A stretch of DNA of 64,000 nucleotides. Origin: an uncultured Gammaproteobacteria bacterium (GTDB lineage Bacteria; Pseudomonadota; Gammaproteobacteria; UBA9214). This document shows positions 20,316 to 29,760 of the stretch, one piece after another (the stretch's first letter is position 1; every line of letters begins with the position of its first letter). Under the pieces are notes generated by a model. It had not been told where the DNA came from, ran no database searches, and was given only the letters and a program-made list of their open reading frames with translations. Made by a program: the position numbers and the translations under genes. The stretch is from positions 54,383 through 118,382 of the forward strand of contig CAWHCQ010000014.1 in assembly GCA_963827755.1 (NCBI GenBank). Reading direction: 5' to 3'.

Positions 20316-21407
20316 ATGTCGAAAGACAAGACTCTGGGTGAGGCGCTGCGGGCGCAAGGGGTTTCCCGCCGCGGCTTTTTGAAATTCTGCGCAGCAACGG
20401 CCTCGCTGATGGCATTACCGCCCAGCATGGTCCCGGCGATTGCCGCAGCCCTGGAAAAGGCAAAACGGCCATCCGTCATCTGGCTGTCGTTCCAGGAATG
20501 TACCGGTTGCACCGAATCGCTGACCCGCTCCCATTCCCCGACCGTGGAAGGCCTGATTTTCGACACTATTTCGCTGGATTATCACCATACCCTGCAGGCT
20601 GCATCCGGTGATGCCGCCGAGGCAGCCCGCGAGGCGGCAATGGAGGAGAACTGGGGCAAATACATCCTCGTCGTCGACGGTTCCATCCCGGTGGGCAACC
20701 CGGGTTTTTCCACCATCGCCGGTATCAGCAATCTCGATATGCTGACGGAAACGGCAAAGGGTGCTGCTGCCATTGTTTCGGTGGGTACCTGTGCAGCCTA
20801 TGGTGGTATTCCGCATGCCAATCCGAATCCGACAGGTGCCGTATCGGTGTCCGATATTGTCAAGGACAAGCCGATTATCAATGTCCCCGGCTGCCCGCCC
20901 ATCCCGGTGGTCATTACCGGTGTGCTGGCGCACTTTCTGACCTTCGGCAGTATTCCGGAACTGGATGAACTCGGTCGTCCGATGGTGTTCTATGGAAAGA
21001 GCATTCACGACCGCTGTTATCGCCGTCCGTTCTATGACAAGGGCCTGTTTGCCAAGACCTTCGATGATGAAGGTGCGAAAAAAGGCTGGTGTCTTTACGA
21101 GCTGGGCTGCAAGGGTCCGACCACCTATAACGCCTGCGCAACCACGAAATGGAACGATGGCACCAGTTTTCCCATTCAATCGGGGCATCCGTGCCTGGGC
21201 TGTTCAGAACCCGATTTCTGGGATGGCGGCGGTTTTTACAAGGCGCTTTCAATGCCCACAGAAGATATTGCGCGTACTGCCGTGTTTGCTATCGGTGCCG
21301 GTGCGGCTGCCGGTGTTGCACTGGGTGCTTTGAACCGGACCAAACACAAGCGCCTCGAGAAGGCGCATGAGAAAGTCACCATCGATGACCTTGAAAAGGG
21401 AGGCTGA
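20316..21407 (+). CDS. hynS: [NiFe]-hydrogenase small subunit, Tat-exported, Isp-type (group 1e)
   Basis: SRRGFLK Tat motif, ECTGC, GTCA, PGCPP, HDRC...WCL..LGCKGP, HPCLGC, C-terminal TM helix. Confidence 0.93.
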   Translation: MSKDKTLGEALRAQGVSRRGFLKFCAATASLMALPPSMVPAIAAALEKAKRPSVIWLSFQECTGCTESLTRSHSPTVEGLIFDTISLDYHHTLQAASGDAAEAAREAAMEENWGKYILVVDGSIPVGNPGFSTIAGISNLDMLTETAKGAAAIVSVGTCAAYGGIPHANPNPTGAVSVSDIVKDKPIINVPGCPPIPVVITGVLAHFLTFGSIPELDELGRPMVFYGKSIHDRCYRRPFYDKGLFAKTFDDEGAKKGWCLYELGCKGPTTYNACATTKWNDGTSFPIQSGHPCLGCSEPDFWDGGGFYKALSMPTEDIARTAVFAIGAGAAAGVALGALNRTKHKRLEKAHEKVTIDDLEKGG

Positions 21408-21409
21408 TC

Positions 21410-22072
21410 ATGTCTGAAACCGAACTCCTGCTATGGGTGCGTGGCCCGGCCCTGCAAATAGCTACCGTCATCTTTCTGATCGGGGTGGCGGTGCGCATAC
21501 TCGAGATCCTGATGCTGGGCAGGAAGACTGACCTGGCAGAAGCGCGCGGGTCGGCCCTGGCCGGTGGTTTGCGCACCATAATTACACGATCGCTTGCGGA
21601 CCGTAACACCCTGCGGCGTAACATGTTTAACGAGGTCGCCGGCTATATCTTTCATATTGGTTTCTTTGTGGTGCTGCTGTTCTATGCACCTCATATTCTC
21701 CTGTTCAAGGATACACTGGGCCTGAGCTGGCCGGCCCTGCCGACCCCGGTGGTCGATGCCATTACGATCGTCACCATGATCACGCTTGTCGCCGTGCTCC
21801 TGCATCGCCTGGTTCACCCGGTGATGCGGTTTCTGTCAAAGTTCCAGGATTACCTGGTGTGGCTGGTGACTTTTCTGCCGCTGCTGACGGGTTACCTGGC
21901 CTTTCATCGCACCGGCATTGCGGCACCATCGACCCTGCTGGTCGTTCATATTCTCAGTGTTGAGCTGCTAATGGTGGTCTTTCCGTTTACCAAGCTGATG
22001 CATGCTTTTACGATTTTCATGTCGCGCTACTACAACGGCGCCATTGCAGGGTACCGGGGGGTGAAATCATGA
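21410..22072 (+). CDS. isp1: Isp1 membrane b-type cytochrome (NarI/DsrM-like)
   Basis: Five TM helices, YIFHIG, HILSVELL..FPFTKLMH. Confidence 0.85.
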   Translation: MSETELLLWVRGPALQIATVIFLIGVAVRILEILMLGRKTDLAEARGSALAGGLRTIITRSLADRNTLRRNMFNEVAGYIFHIGFFVVLLFYAPHILLFKDTLGLSWPALPTPVVDAITIVTMITLVAVLLHRLVHPVMRFLSKFQDYLVWLVTFLPLLTGYLAFHRTGIAAPSTLLVVHILSVELLMVVFPFTKLMHAFTIFMSRYYNGAIAGYRGVKS

Positions 22073-23349
22073 GTGCGTCGCTACAACGTGGCATCAATGC
22101 CTTCAAGGAACAGATCGATGCACCGGTGGCATCCTTTTTCAGCAGCTGCGTGCGTTGTGGCCTGTGCGCCCCGGCTTGCCTGTTCCATACAGAGACCGGT
22201 GACCCGGCGCTCACCCCGATATACAAGCTGGAGCCATTGCGCCGTGTCTGGCAGCAGGAATATACATTCTGGGGCCGATTTGCCAAGGCACTCGGGCTGA
22301 GTAAACCGGTGACTGACGAGGAGCTGAGCGAATGGGAACCGCTGGTGTATGACAGCTGTACCCTGTGCGGGCGCTGTTCCATGGTCTGCCCGCTTGGTAA
22401 CGACATCACCTACATGATCCGCAAGATGCGCGAGGGTATGGCGGCCTCCGGTCATGCGCCGCCGGGCCTGATCGGTGCGACCAAACGTGCGGTCACCATC
22501 GGCAGCCCGATGGGCGTTAAATTACCCGCATTGCAGGCGCAGATCCGCCACACAGAGAAGGAAACCGGGTTGAAAATTCCAGTGGATGTGGCCGGGGTGG
22601 ATTACATGCTGTTGCTGTCATCCATGGAGATCATGAACTTTCCGGAGTTTATGGGCGCCATTTCGAAGATTTTCAAGCAGGCTGACGTCAGCTGGACGAT
22701 TTCGAGCGAGGCCTTCGAAGCCACCAACAGCGGCATCCAGATCGGCGTATCTGAGATTGCCGCCGAGTTGGTGCAGCGTGTTGTTGATGCGGCTGAAAAG
22801 TTGAAAGTGAAATCGGTAATCAGTCCGGAATGTGGTCATGCCTACATGGCGATTCGCTGGGAAGGCCCGAACCTGATCGGCAAGCCCTTCGGTTTCAAGG
22901 TCGTGCATATCCTTGAAGTACTGGATGACCTGCGCAAGCAGGGTCGCCTGAAGATTGACAGCAAGGAAATGCAGCGTCTCACTTACCATGATCCCTGCCA
23001 GGTGTCGCGCCGCGGTGGCGTGGTGCAGGAGCCGCGCAACCTGATGAACATGGTCGCCGGAGAATTCGTCGAGTTGCCGGAAACAGGCACCATGAACTGG
23101 TGTTGCGGGGCCGGTGGCGGTGTCAGCAGTAATGAACGTGCCGATGAACTGCGCCTGAAGGCCTTTAATCGCAAGAAAAAGCAACTGGATGCGATACATC
23201 CCGATGCCATTGTGTCGGCCTGTTCCAACTGCCGCATACACCTTGAGGATGGACTGGAGGAATACGGTATGGATATGCCGGTCTTCAGCCTGACGGAAAC
23301 AATTGCAGAACATCTGGTTGATAATGAACCATCAGGGGGCAAGGAGTGA
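22069..23349 (+). CDS. isp2: Isp2 HdrD/DsrK-like Fe-S protein
   Basis: CVRCGLCAPAC, CTLCGRCSMVCP, PECGH, YHDPC, CCGAGGG, ACSNC. Confidence 0.88.
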   Translation: MSASLQRGINAFKEQIDAPVASFFSSCVRCGLCAPACLFHTETGDPALTPIYKLEPLRRVWQQEYTFWGRFAKALGLSKPVTDEELSEWEPLVYDSCTLCGRCSMVCPLGNDITYMIRKMREGMAASGHAPPGLIGATKRAVTIGSPMGVKLPALQAQIRHTEKETGLKIPVDVAGVDYMLLLSSMEIMNFPEFMGAISKIFKQADVSWTISSEAFEATNSGIQIGVSEIAAELVQRVVDAAEKLKVKSVISPECGHAYMAIRWEGPNLIGKPFGFKVVHILEVLDDLRKQGRLKIDSKEMQRLTYHDPCQVSRRGGVVQEPRNLMNMVAGEFVELPETGTMNWCCGAGGGVSSNERADELRLKAFNRKKKQLDAIHPDAIVSACSNCRIHLEDGLEEYGMDMPVFSLTETIAEHLVDNEPSGGKE

Positions 23350-23801
23350 TGACCCAGGTTACCAACGATACTGAATTCAGGAAGGCGCTTGAAAGTCTTG
23401 ATTCAACCCGGCAGCGACTGGTTGCGGCACGTTTTGTGGAGAATGTCCTTGCGTTGTGTTCCGATCAACGTGTTGCTCATATCATACAAATCGCCGGCAA
23501 CAGTGAGGCGTCGGAAGCCGAGCTGACAGATGCCTTGAAAAACGCCAGGGCCACCACCTTTGATTGCCATACCCGCTGCGGTTCTGAAGGTGACTGGGCA
23601 GAGCAGGCCGGTTATTTCGTGGCGCGCGCGGCAACCGCCGCGCTGACACCCATCGGGCAAATGCCCAGTGGCCCGGCCTGGCAGGCGGCTCTGAGCAGCA
23701 GGATGGCGCAGACCTCGAAGTCGATCGTAACCGGCGATGACACGGCCGGAAAGGAAAGCCATGAGCAGTACCGGATCTTGTCCGGGTTTCTGGATTCTTA
23801 A
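23346..23801 (+). CDS. Hypothetical helical protein between isp2 and hynL
   Basis: RBS AAGGAG; overlaps the isp2 stop; ends 14 bp before hynL; contains DCHTRCG. Confidence 0.75.
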   Translation: MMTQVTNDTEFRKALESLDSTRQRLVAARFVENVLALCSDQRVAHIIQIAGNSEASEAELTDALKNARATTFDCHTRCGSEGDWAEQAGYFVARAATAALTPIGQMPSGPAWQAALSSRMAQTSKSIVTGDDTAGKESHEQYRILSGFLDS

Positions 23802-23815
23802 AGGGACTACACATT

Positions 23816-25537
23816 ATGACCGAACGCATTGTTGTTGATCCAATCACCCGCATCGAGGGCCACTTGCGCATCGAGGCGCAGATGGATGGTGACCGCATTG
23901 CACAGGCCTATTCGGCCGGCACCATGGTGCGCGGTATTGAAATCATCCTGCGCGGCCGTGACCCACGCGATGCCTGGGCCTTTGCGCAGCGCATTTGCGG
24001 TGTCTGCACGCTGGTACACGGGATGGCCTCCATCCGCTCGGTCGAGAATGCACTGGATTACCCGATCCCGCCGAATGCACAGCTGATTCGCAACCTGATG
24101 AACGGTGCACAGTACGTGCATGATCACGTCATGCATTTCTACCACCTGCATGCGCTCGACTGGGTCGACGTGGTGTCGGCGCTGAATGCCGACCCGGCGG
24201 CCACCTCGGCGCTGGCGCAGTCGCTGAGCAGCTATCCGAAATCCTCGCCCGGCTATTTCTCCGACATGAAGAAGAAGCTGAAGGATTTTGTCGAGGCCGG
24301 CCAGCTCGGCATCTTTGCCAATGGCTACTGGGGGCACCCGGCCTACAAGCTGCCGCCGGAGGCCAACCTGATGGCGGTGGCGCATTACCTGGAGGCATTG
24401 ACCTGGCAGCGTGATGTCGCCAAGCTGCATGCCATCTTCGGCGGCAAGAATCCGCATCCGAATTTCCTCGTCGGTGGCGTGGCCTGCCCGATTGACCTGA
24501 ATTCCGATTCCGCGATCAATGCCGCAAAGCTTGCGCAGGTTCAGGAAATCATCAACAAGATGCAGGTCTTCGTCGACCAGGTATACATTCCCGATCTGCT
24601 GGCCATTGCCGGTTTTTACAAGGACTGGGGCGGTCGCGGCGAAGGGTTGGGTAACTTCCTGACCTATGGCGACTTTCCCGAGAAGGGCATGGACGACCCG
24701 TCCAGCTTCCTCATTCCGTCCGGCGCCATCCTCAATCGCGACCTGTCGACTATTCACGATGTCGATATGAATGCGGCCGATGAAATCCAGGAGTACGTGT
24801 CGCATTCCTGGTATGACTATGATGGCGGCAAAAACGAGGGCCTGCATCCCTATGACGGTGAGACCAGTCTCAATTACAGCGGACCCACACCTCCATACAA
24901 ACACCTCGATGTGGACGAGTCCTATTCCTGGCTGAAGTCGCCTCGCTGGAAAGGGCATGCCATGGAAGTCGGGCCGCTGGCACGTGTATTGATGCTCTAT
25001 GCCAGCGGGCACGAGCAGACAAAGGAACTGGTTGGCATGACGCTGAGTAAGCTGGATGTCCCGGTGGATGCGCTGTTTTCCACGCTGGGGCGCACAGCGG
25101 CTCGCGGCCTGGAGACAAAGATTATCGGTGACATGATGCAGACTTGGCACAATAACCTGGTGGCCAACATCAAGGCCGGTGATACCAAGACGCATAATGA
25201 AAAGTTCTGGGAGCCCTCAACCTGGCCGAAGCAGGCGAAGGGTGTTGGCTTCATGGAGGCACCACGTGGCGGCCTGGCGCACTGGATCGTGATCGAAGAT
25301 GGCATAATCAAGAACTACCAGGCCGTTGTCCCGAGTACCTGGAATGCCGGGCCGCGTGACCAGAACGGGCAGCCGGGCGCCTACGAGGCAGCCTTGCAGG
25401 ATAACCACACCCTGCATGATGCGAAGCAGCCGATCGAGATCCTGCGTACCATCCACAGCTTCGATCCCTGCATTGCCTGCGCAGTGCACGTTACCGATCC
25501 GGATGGTGAAGAACTGATCAAGGTAAAGGTGCGCTGA
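23816..25537 (+). CDS. hynL: [NiFe]-hydrogenase large subunit
   Basis: DPITRIEGH, L1 RICGVC, EAPRG, L2 DPCIACAVH followed by a cleavable C-terminal tail. Confidence 0.96.
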   Translation: MTERIVVDPITRIEGHLRIEAQMDGDRIAQAYSAGTMVRGIEIILRGRDPRDAWAFAQRICGVCTLVHGMASIRSVENALDYPIPPNAQLIRNLMNGAQYVHDHVMHFYHLHALDWVDVVSALNADPAATSALAQSLSSYPKSSPGYFSDMKKKLKDFVEAGQLGIFANGYWGHPAYKLPPEANLMAVAHYLEALTWQRDVAKLHAIFGGKNPHPNFLVGGVACPIDLNSDSAINAAKLAQVQEIINKMQVFVDQVYIPDLLAIAGFYKDWGGRGEGLGNFLTYGDFPEKGMDDPSSFLIPSGAILNRDLSTIHDVDMNAADEIQEYVSHSWYDYDGGKNEGLHPYDGETSLNYSGPTPPYKHLDVDESYSWLKSPRWKGHAMEVGPLARVLMLYASGHEQTKELVGMTLSKLDVPVDALFSTLGRTAARGLETKIIGDMMQTWHNNLVANIKAGDTKTHNEKFWEPSTWPKQAKGVGFMEAPRGGLAHWIVIEDGIIKNYQAVVPSTWNAGPRDQNGQPGAYEAALQDNHTLHDAKQPIEILRTIHSFDPCIACAVHVTDPDGEELIKVKVR

Positions 25538-25617
25538 ATGAGTCCTGGATGCGGCGTTTTTGAAGATGCAAACGGAACCCGAAAACTTACTGAAACGAAA
25601 ATACCGGAGAATATGAT

Positions 25618-25872
25618 ATGCAACTGAGATCCCTGTGTGCTGTACCACTTGCGCTGATTGCCCTGCTGGGTTCCCCGCTTGCCCTGGCGCATTCCGGTGC
25701 CGGACTGGCAGATGGCTTTATCCACATGCTGGAGATGCCCGCACTGACCACGGTCACGGGCTACATGGTCGGGCTGTCACTCTCGACCGGGCTGTTGATG
25801 ATGCTCGGCCTTATCCTGCGGCAGGTGGTGGTGACGCGCAAGCCACATTCACACTCGAGTACTACACTGTGA
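25618..25872 (+). pseudogene. HupE/UreJ Ni transporter remnant with an in-frame internal deletion
   Basis: Signal + AHSGAGLADGFIH joined directly to the C-terminal MLEMP...GYMVGLSLSTGLL; the central HP.TG.DH and FHG.AH region is missing; 84 aa. Confidence 0.6.
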
Positions 25873-25900
25873 CCCGGGTTAATCGACGAGGAATTTCATC

Positions 25901-26404
25901 ATGAGCGACAATGCATGCTTTGATATCGCAGTCAGCATGGATGCCATCAAGGCTTCACCACTGGGTGAAGAACTCACTGATGCGCAATGTGAACTGCTGG
26001 CCGGTGTCATGACGGCCTGTGGCATCAAGGACCGCTCTTTCCTGATTGAAGAGGGTCAGAAGGACGATACCCTGCATGTTCTCACCAGCGGGAATATGGA
26101 AGCCCTGGTGAAGACCGGCGGCGGCGAAATGGTCGGTCTGCACATACTTCGCGAAGGCGATATCCTCGGCGAGATGGGTTTTCTGGATGGTGTGGAGCAT
26201 TCTGCCGGCCTGCGTGCCATGGGTAACTGCGAATTCCTGCGGCTGGACCGCGAAGGATTCGAGAGCCTGCTGGAGAAGGACCCGGACCTTGTCTACAAGG
26301 TGATGCGCGCCATTGTCCGCACCGTGCATCGTATATTGAAGAATATGAATTTCCAGCAGATGGAATTGACCAACTACATCGCCAAGCAACACGGGCGTTA
26401 CTAG
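25901..26404 (+). CDS. Stand-alone cyclic-nucleotide-binding domain protein
   Basis: LIEEGQKDDTLHVLTSG, GDILGEMGFLDG..HSA; no HTH. Confidence 0.8.
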   Translation: MSDNACFDIAVSMDAIKASPLGEELTDAQCELLAGVMTACGIKDRSFLIEEGQKDDTLHVLTSGNMEALVKTGGGEMVGLHILREGDILGEMGFLDGVEHSAGLRAMGNCEFLRLDREGFESLLEKDPDLVYKVMRAIVRTVHRILKNMNFQQMELTNYIAKQHGRY

Positions 26405-26518
26405 GATTTCGCGTTCCGGTAGTCCACGGTTCCCGTGGAAACGAGAGGGCGATTGCCTGCGGCAGGGTCCGCGCTGACGAATGGGCTGTTACTGACAGGC
26501 CAACGCTGAAACTCCCGC

Positions 26519-27709
26519 ATGAATAATCCGCTACAGCCCGCCCGGCACACCGGCAGTGCTGTTCTGAGCATGGGTTTCCGGCTGTTCTTTGCCGCTGCCG
26601 CCCTGTTCTCGGTGCTGTCTACGCTGGCCTGGATGGGTGTCTATGTACACGGCTGGCAGTGGCAGCCGTCTCTCGCGGCGGTGACCTGGCATGCCCATGA
26701 AATGGTCTACGGCTACAGCATGGCCGTGATCGCCGGTTTCCTGCTGACGGCGGTGCGCAACTGGACCGGTGTGCAGACCCTGCAGGGAGTACCCCTGTTG
26801 CTGCTGTTTCTGCTCTGGCTTGCCGCACGCATACTGCTGACCGGGGATGACGGGTTGCTGGCCTGGGCCGCGCTGGCTGACGGCCTGTTCAACCTGTTGC
26901 TGCTGGTTGCCCTGGCCTTGCCGGTATTCAAGGTGCGGCAGTTCAAGCAGGTCGGCATCCTTTCAAAGATCATGTTGCTGATGTTTGCCAACCTGCTGTT
27001 TTATGCCGGCGCGCTGAAAATCGTTCCCTGGGGTGTTCAGGCCGGTCTTTACTCGGGTGTGTACCTCGTCATCGCCTTGATCCTTGTCATGTCACGCCGG
27101 GTGTTGCCGTTCTTCATCGAACGCGGAGTATCCCGGCCGGTCACGCTGGTCAACCGCGCCTGGCTGGATGCGGCCAGTCTGTTCCTGTTTCTCGGATTCT
27201 GGGTTGCCGACATCGTCGAGCCGGATTCGTTGCCGGTGGCATGGCTGGCCGGGATATTGTGCGTGTTGCACGCCATCCGGTTGGCGGGATGGCATGCAGC
27301 GGGTATCCGGGGGCAGCCGCTGTTGTGGATTCTGTACCTGGCCTACGCTGTCGTGGTCATCGGCTTTGGTCTGAAGGTGGCCGTATACGTGTTCGGTATC
27401 TCGCCGTCTCTGCCTCTGCATGCATTTACCTATGGCGGAATTGGTCTGTTTACAATGGGTATGATGGCCCGCGTTACCCTGGGGCATACAGGAAGAAATA
27501 TCCTGGAGCCACCGGCCGCGATGTCATGGATGTTTATGATCCTGCTGGCCGGTGTCGTCGTGCGTGTCGCCTTTCCGCTGTTCGACGACTCCCGCTACGC
27601 GCTCTGGATGGGGCTCTCGCAACTCCTGTGGATCGTTTCTTTTGGCGTGTTTCTGTTCACCTGCCTGCCCATGCTGGTCAGACCGCGCATCGATGGGCAG
27701 GCCGGGTAG
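26519..27709 (+). CDS. nnrS: NnrS family membrane protein
   Basis: GFRLFF, WHAHEMVYGY, GFLLTAVRNWTG, RVLPFF, RVTLGHTGR, RPRIDG. Confidence 0.92.
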   Translation: MNNPLQPARHTGSAVLSMGFRLFFAAAALFSVLSTLAWMGVYVHGWQWQPSLAAVTWHAHEMVYGYSMAVIAGFLLTAVRNWTGVQTLQGVPLLLLFLLWLAARILLTGDDGLLAWAALADGLFNLLLLVALALPVFKVRQFKQVGILSKIMLLMFANLLFYAGALKIVPWGVQAGLYSGVYLVIALILVMSRRVLPFFIERGVSRPVTLVNRAWLDAASLFLFLGFWVADIVEPDSLPVAWLAGILCVLHAIRLAGWHAAGIRGQPLLWILYLAYAVVVIGFGLKVAVYVFGISPSLPLHAFTYGGIGLFTMGMMARVTLGHTGRNILEPPAAMSWMFMILLAGVVVRVAFPLFDDSRYALWMGLSQLLWIVSFGVFLFTCLPMLVRPRIDGQAG

Positions 27710-27816
27710 GCTGCGTCGCGGGTGAGGACGGATTGCGGGTGTCGTTCAGGAAACGGATACCCGCGGACTGCTGGCGGACAGGGTTGGCAGTGCCGTGGGC
27801 AGTGTGCGGATGTATT

Positions 27817-28416
27817 TCAGGGATGGAGCAGTGTTTTGTACCAGCCGTCCGCCGTCTTTTCATAGAGTTCCCGTTCGTGCAGCCGGTGCCAGCCGTACTT
27901 CCAGAATTCAATGTACTCAGGGACTACCCGGTAACCAAACCAGTGCGGCGGTCGCGGCACCGGCTGATCAAGAAATTTTTCATGGAACTCACTCACCTGG
28001 TGATCAAGCAGTTGACGATCCTCGAGCGGGTCAGACTGCTGTGAGGCCCAGGCACCAAGCTGACTGTCCCTTGTGCGGGTGTTCCAGTAGCGATCAGATG
28101 CCTCGCTGCTGATCGGCTTGACCGGCCCCTCGATGCGTACCTGTTGCATCAGCGGCTGCCAGAAAAAGCACAGTGAGGCACGAGGATTTTCGACCAGGTC
28201 CCGGCCCTTGCGACTGTGGCTGTTGGTAAAAAAAACCAGTCCCCGTTCGTCGAAATCCTTCAGCAGCATGGTGCGCACCGAAGGGCGCCCATCGGCATCT
28301 GCGGTCGCCAGGGCCATGGCTGTGGGTTCGCGCAAACCCATCGCCGCTGCCGAATCCAGCAGTTTGCCGAGCCGCTTGAGCGCCTCCGCATAGAGTCCTT
28401 CGCTATTCGAACTCAT
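27817..28416 (-). CDS. pdxH: Pyridoxine/pyridoxamine 5'-phosphate oxidase
   Basis: EPTAMALATA, FFTNSHSRKG, QVRIEG, SQLGAWASQQS, EFW...RLHER. Confidence 0.95.
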   Translation of the reverse strand: MSSNSEGLYAEALKRLGKLLDSAAAMGLREPTAMALATADADGRPSVRTMLLKDFDERGLVFFTNSHSRKGRDLVENPRASLCFFWQPLMQQVRIEGPVKPISSEASDRYWNTRTRDSQLGAWASQQSDPLEDRQLLDHQVSEFHEKFLDQPVPRPPHWFGYRVVPEYIEFWKYGWHRLHERELYEKTADGWYKTLLHP

Positions 28417-28475
28417 CCAGGTTTCCTCGCGTTCCTTCCGTTGGTCCCATTAAAACACTTTGCCTGCCAGCGACA

Positions 28476-28489
28476 ATGATTCAGATCAA
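28476..28489. promoter_or_regulatory. Near-consensus FNR box upstream of pdxH
   Basis: ATGAT-TCAG-ATCAA (1 mismatch). Confidence 0.55.
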
Positions 28490-28613
28490 ACCGGCCTCAC
28501 TAAACCGGGTTATGCGGAACCATGCATTGTCCGGGCGTGCGCAGGTGGACACGCTCCAACAAGCTCAGTGCTCCACAATTCCCGGAGCACGGCTGGCCGC
28601 TACGGCAGGCCTG

Positions 28614-28802
28614 TCAGTCAGCCATGCGTACATCGTGGAAAATGGACTGCAGGTCGCTGGCCCAGCGTTCGAAAATTACCGGGTCAACGTCATCGCCGGC
28701 AATCTCGGCATACAGTTTCGGATGTGCGGTGACCAGTATGGTCTGCTCACCTTCTGCGAAGATCGATATCTTGGGTGGCAGGTAGGCGATCAGTTGGGGA
28801 GC
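28614..28802 (-). pseudogene. C-terminal fragment of a DUF302-like protein
   Basis: Manual translation APQLIAYLPPKISIFAEGEQTILVTAHP...FERWASDLQSIFHDVRMAD*; no N-terminus. Confidence 0.55.
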
Positions 28803-29539
28803 CTTAAATTCTGGCTAATGATGGACTGTTTCAGGTTCTCGATAGTCTCTTCGAGCGTATAGGGTGATTCGGCAATGATGACTTTCTCAGTTGTTATCGG
28901 TGGCGTTGTTTTCGCTTCAGCATGAACAGCGAGCGAGCGCACGTGACTGACAAGATCGTCAATTTCACTCTCTGCCAGCCCCTTCGCCAGGAAAGAGCGC
29001 ATCGGGGTACCCTCGCGGCCGTGCAGCAGCGTGTGCCGGATCATGGCATCGGATGCCGCGGCCTGGAAGCCGGGATTATTCAGGGCCGGTGCAATAATCG
29101 GTAAATCCCGCTTGCGTGAAAAGGTGACGCCGGTCCCCTTGCCGCCTTCGCCGTCCGTGCCATGGCAATCGGCGCAGTAGGCGGCATAGAGCGCCTTGCC
29201 TTTCTGTGCGTTTCCCTTGACAGGTGTTGCGGAGAACTCCGGGGCCGGTTTTCCGGCCCAGCCACGGATATGGCCGACAATGGCATTTATCTGGGCCTCG
29301 CTCAGCCTGGGGAATGCCGGCATGACCCGTCCAGGCCGACCCAGACGGATAGTCCGGTGCAGAAAAGCATCATCGACGCTCTCCAGGAAGGCGGGTAGCG
29401 CAAGCGGCACGCCAACCCCGCCATCGCCCTTGTCACCGTGGCAGGCCGCACAATGAGCCCTGTACAACTGGCCTCCATCAGGCGCTGCTGCTGCAGTGCT
29501 CACCAGGCCGGCCATCAATAACCCTGTAATCAGTCGCAT
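28790..29539 (-). CDS. Di-heme c-type cytochrome with a truncated DUF302 domain
   Basis: Signal peptide, CAACH and CADCH, GRPGRVMPAF, GREGTPM; ESPYTLEETIENLKQSI begins a DUF302 domain and then breaks. Confidence 0.8.
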   Translation of the reverse strand: MRLITGLLMAGLVSTAAAAPDGGQLYRAHCAACHGDKGDGGVGVPLALPAFLESVDDAFLHRTIRLGRPGRVMPAFPRLSEAQINAIVGHIRGWAGKPAPEFSATPVKGNAQKGKALYAAYCADCHGTDGEGGKGTGVTFSRKRDLPIIAPALNNPGFQAAASDAMIRHTLLHGREGTPMRSFLAKGLAESEIDDLVSHVRSLAVHAEAKTTPPITTEKVIIAESPYTLEETIENLKQSIISQNLRLPN

Positions 29540-29667
29540 TTGGTCTCTTTGAATCCAGGTTATCAAAAAATGCTAGATATTTGACATCTTGTTATGTTTT
29601 ACTATTCTAGACGCGTGGGGTCAGGAATACCCGGAAGGATATATTATCCATTGTTCGGCCGGGGCTC

Positions 29668-29681
29668 TTGACACAGATCAA
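29668..29681. promoter_or_regulatory. FNR box upstream of the sulfur globule protein gene (divergent from the cytochrome c)
   Basis: TTGAC-ACAG-ATCAA (1 mismatch); -10-like CAGTATAAA about 25 bp downstream. Confidence 0.65.
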
Positions 29682-29760
29682 TATCCACGGGTTGCAAGAC
29701 AGGCAGTATAAAACCCGCTAATAAAGCGCAACTGACATTTCTGTAACGGAGAATACAAAT

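Noticed and set aside
20316-21407. O2-tolerant group 1d hydrogenase
   Set aside because: The proximal cluster motif is CTGC without supernumerary Cys, and the partners are isp1/isp2 rather than a HyaC cytochrome b
23807-25195. Long antisense ORFs (this 462-aa ORF, also 4045-5055, 12141-13217, 36301-37332, 41166-42191, 62216-63418)
   Set aside because: Shadow frames opposite well-supported genes in GC-rich DNA, with no recognisable motifs
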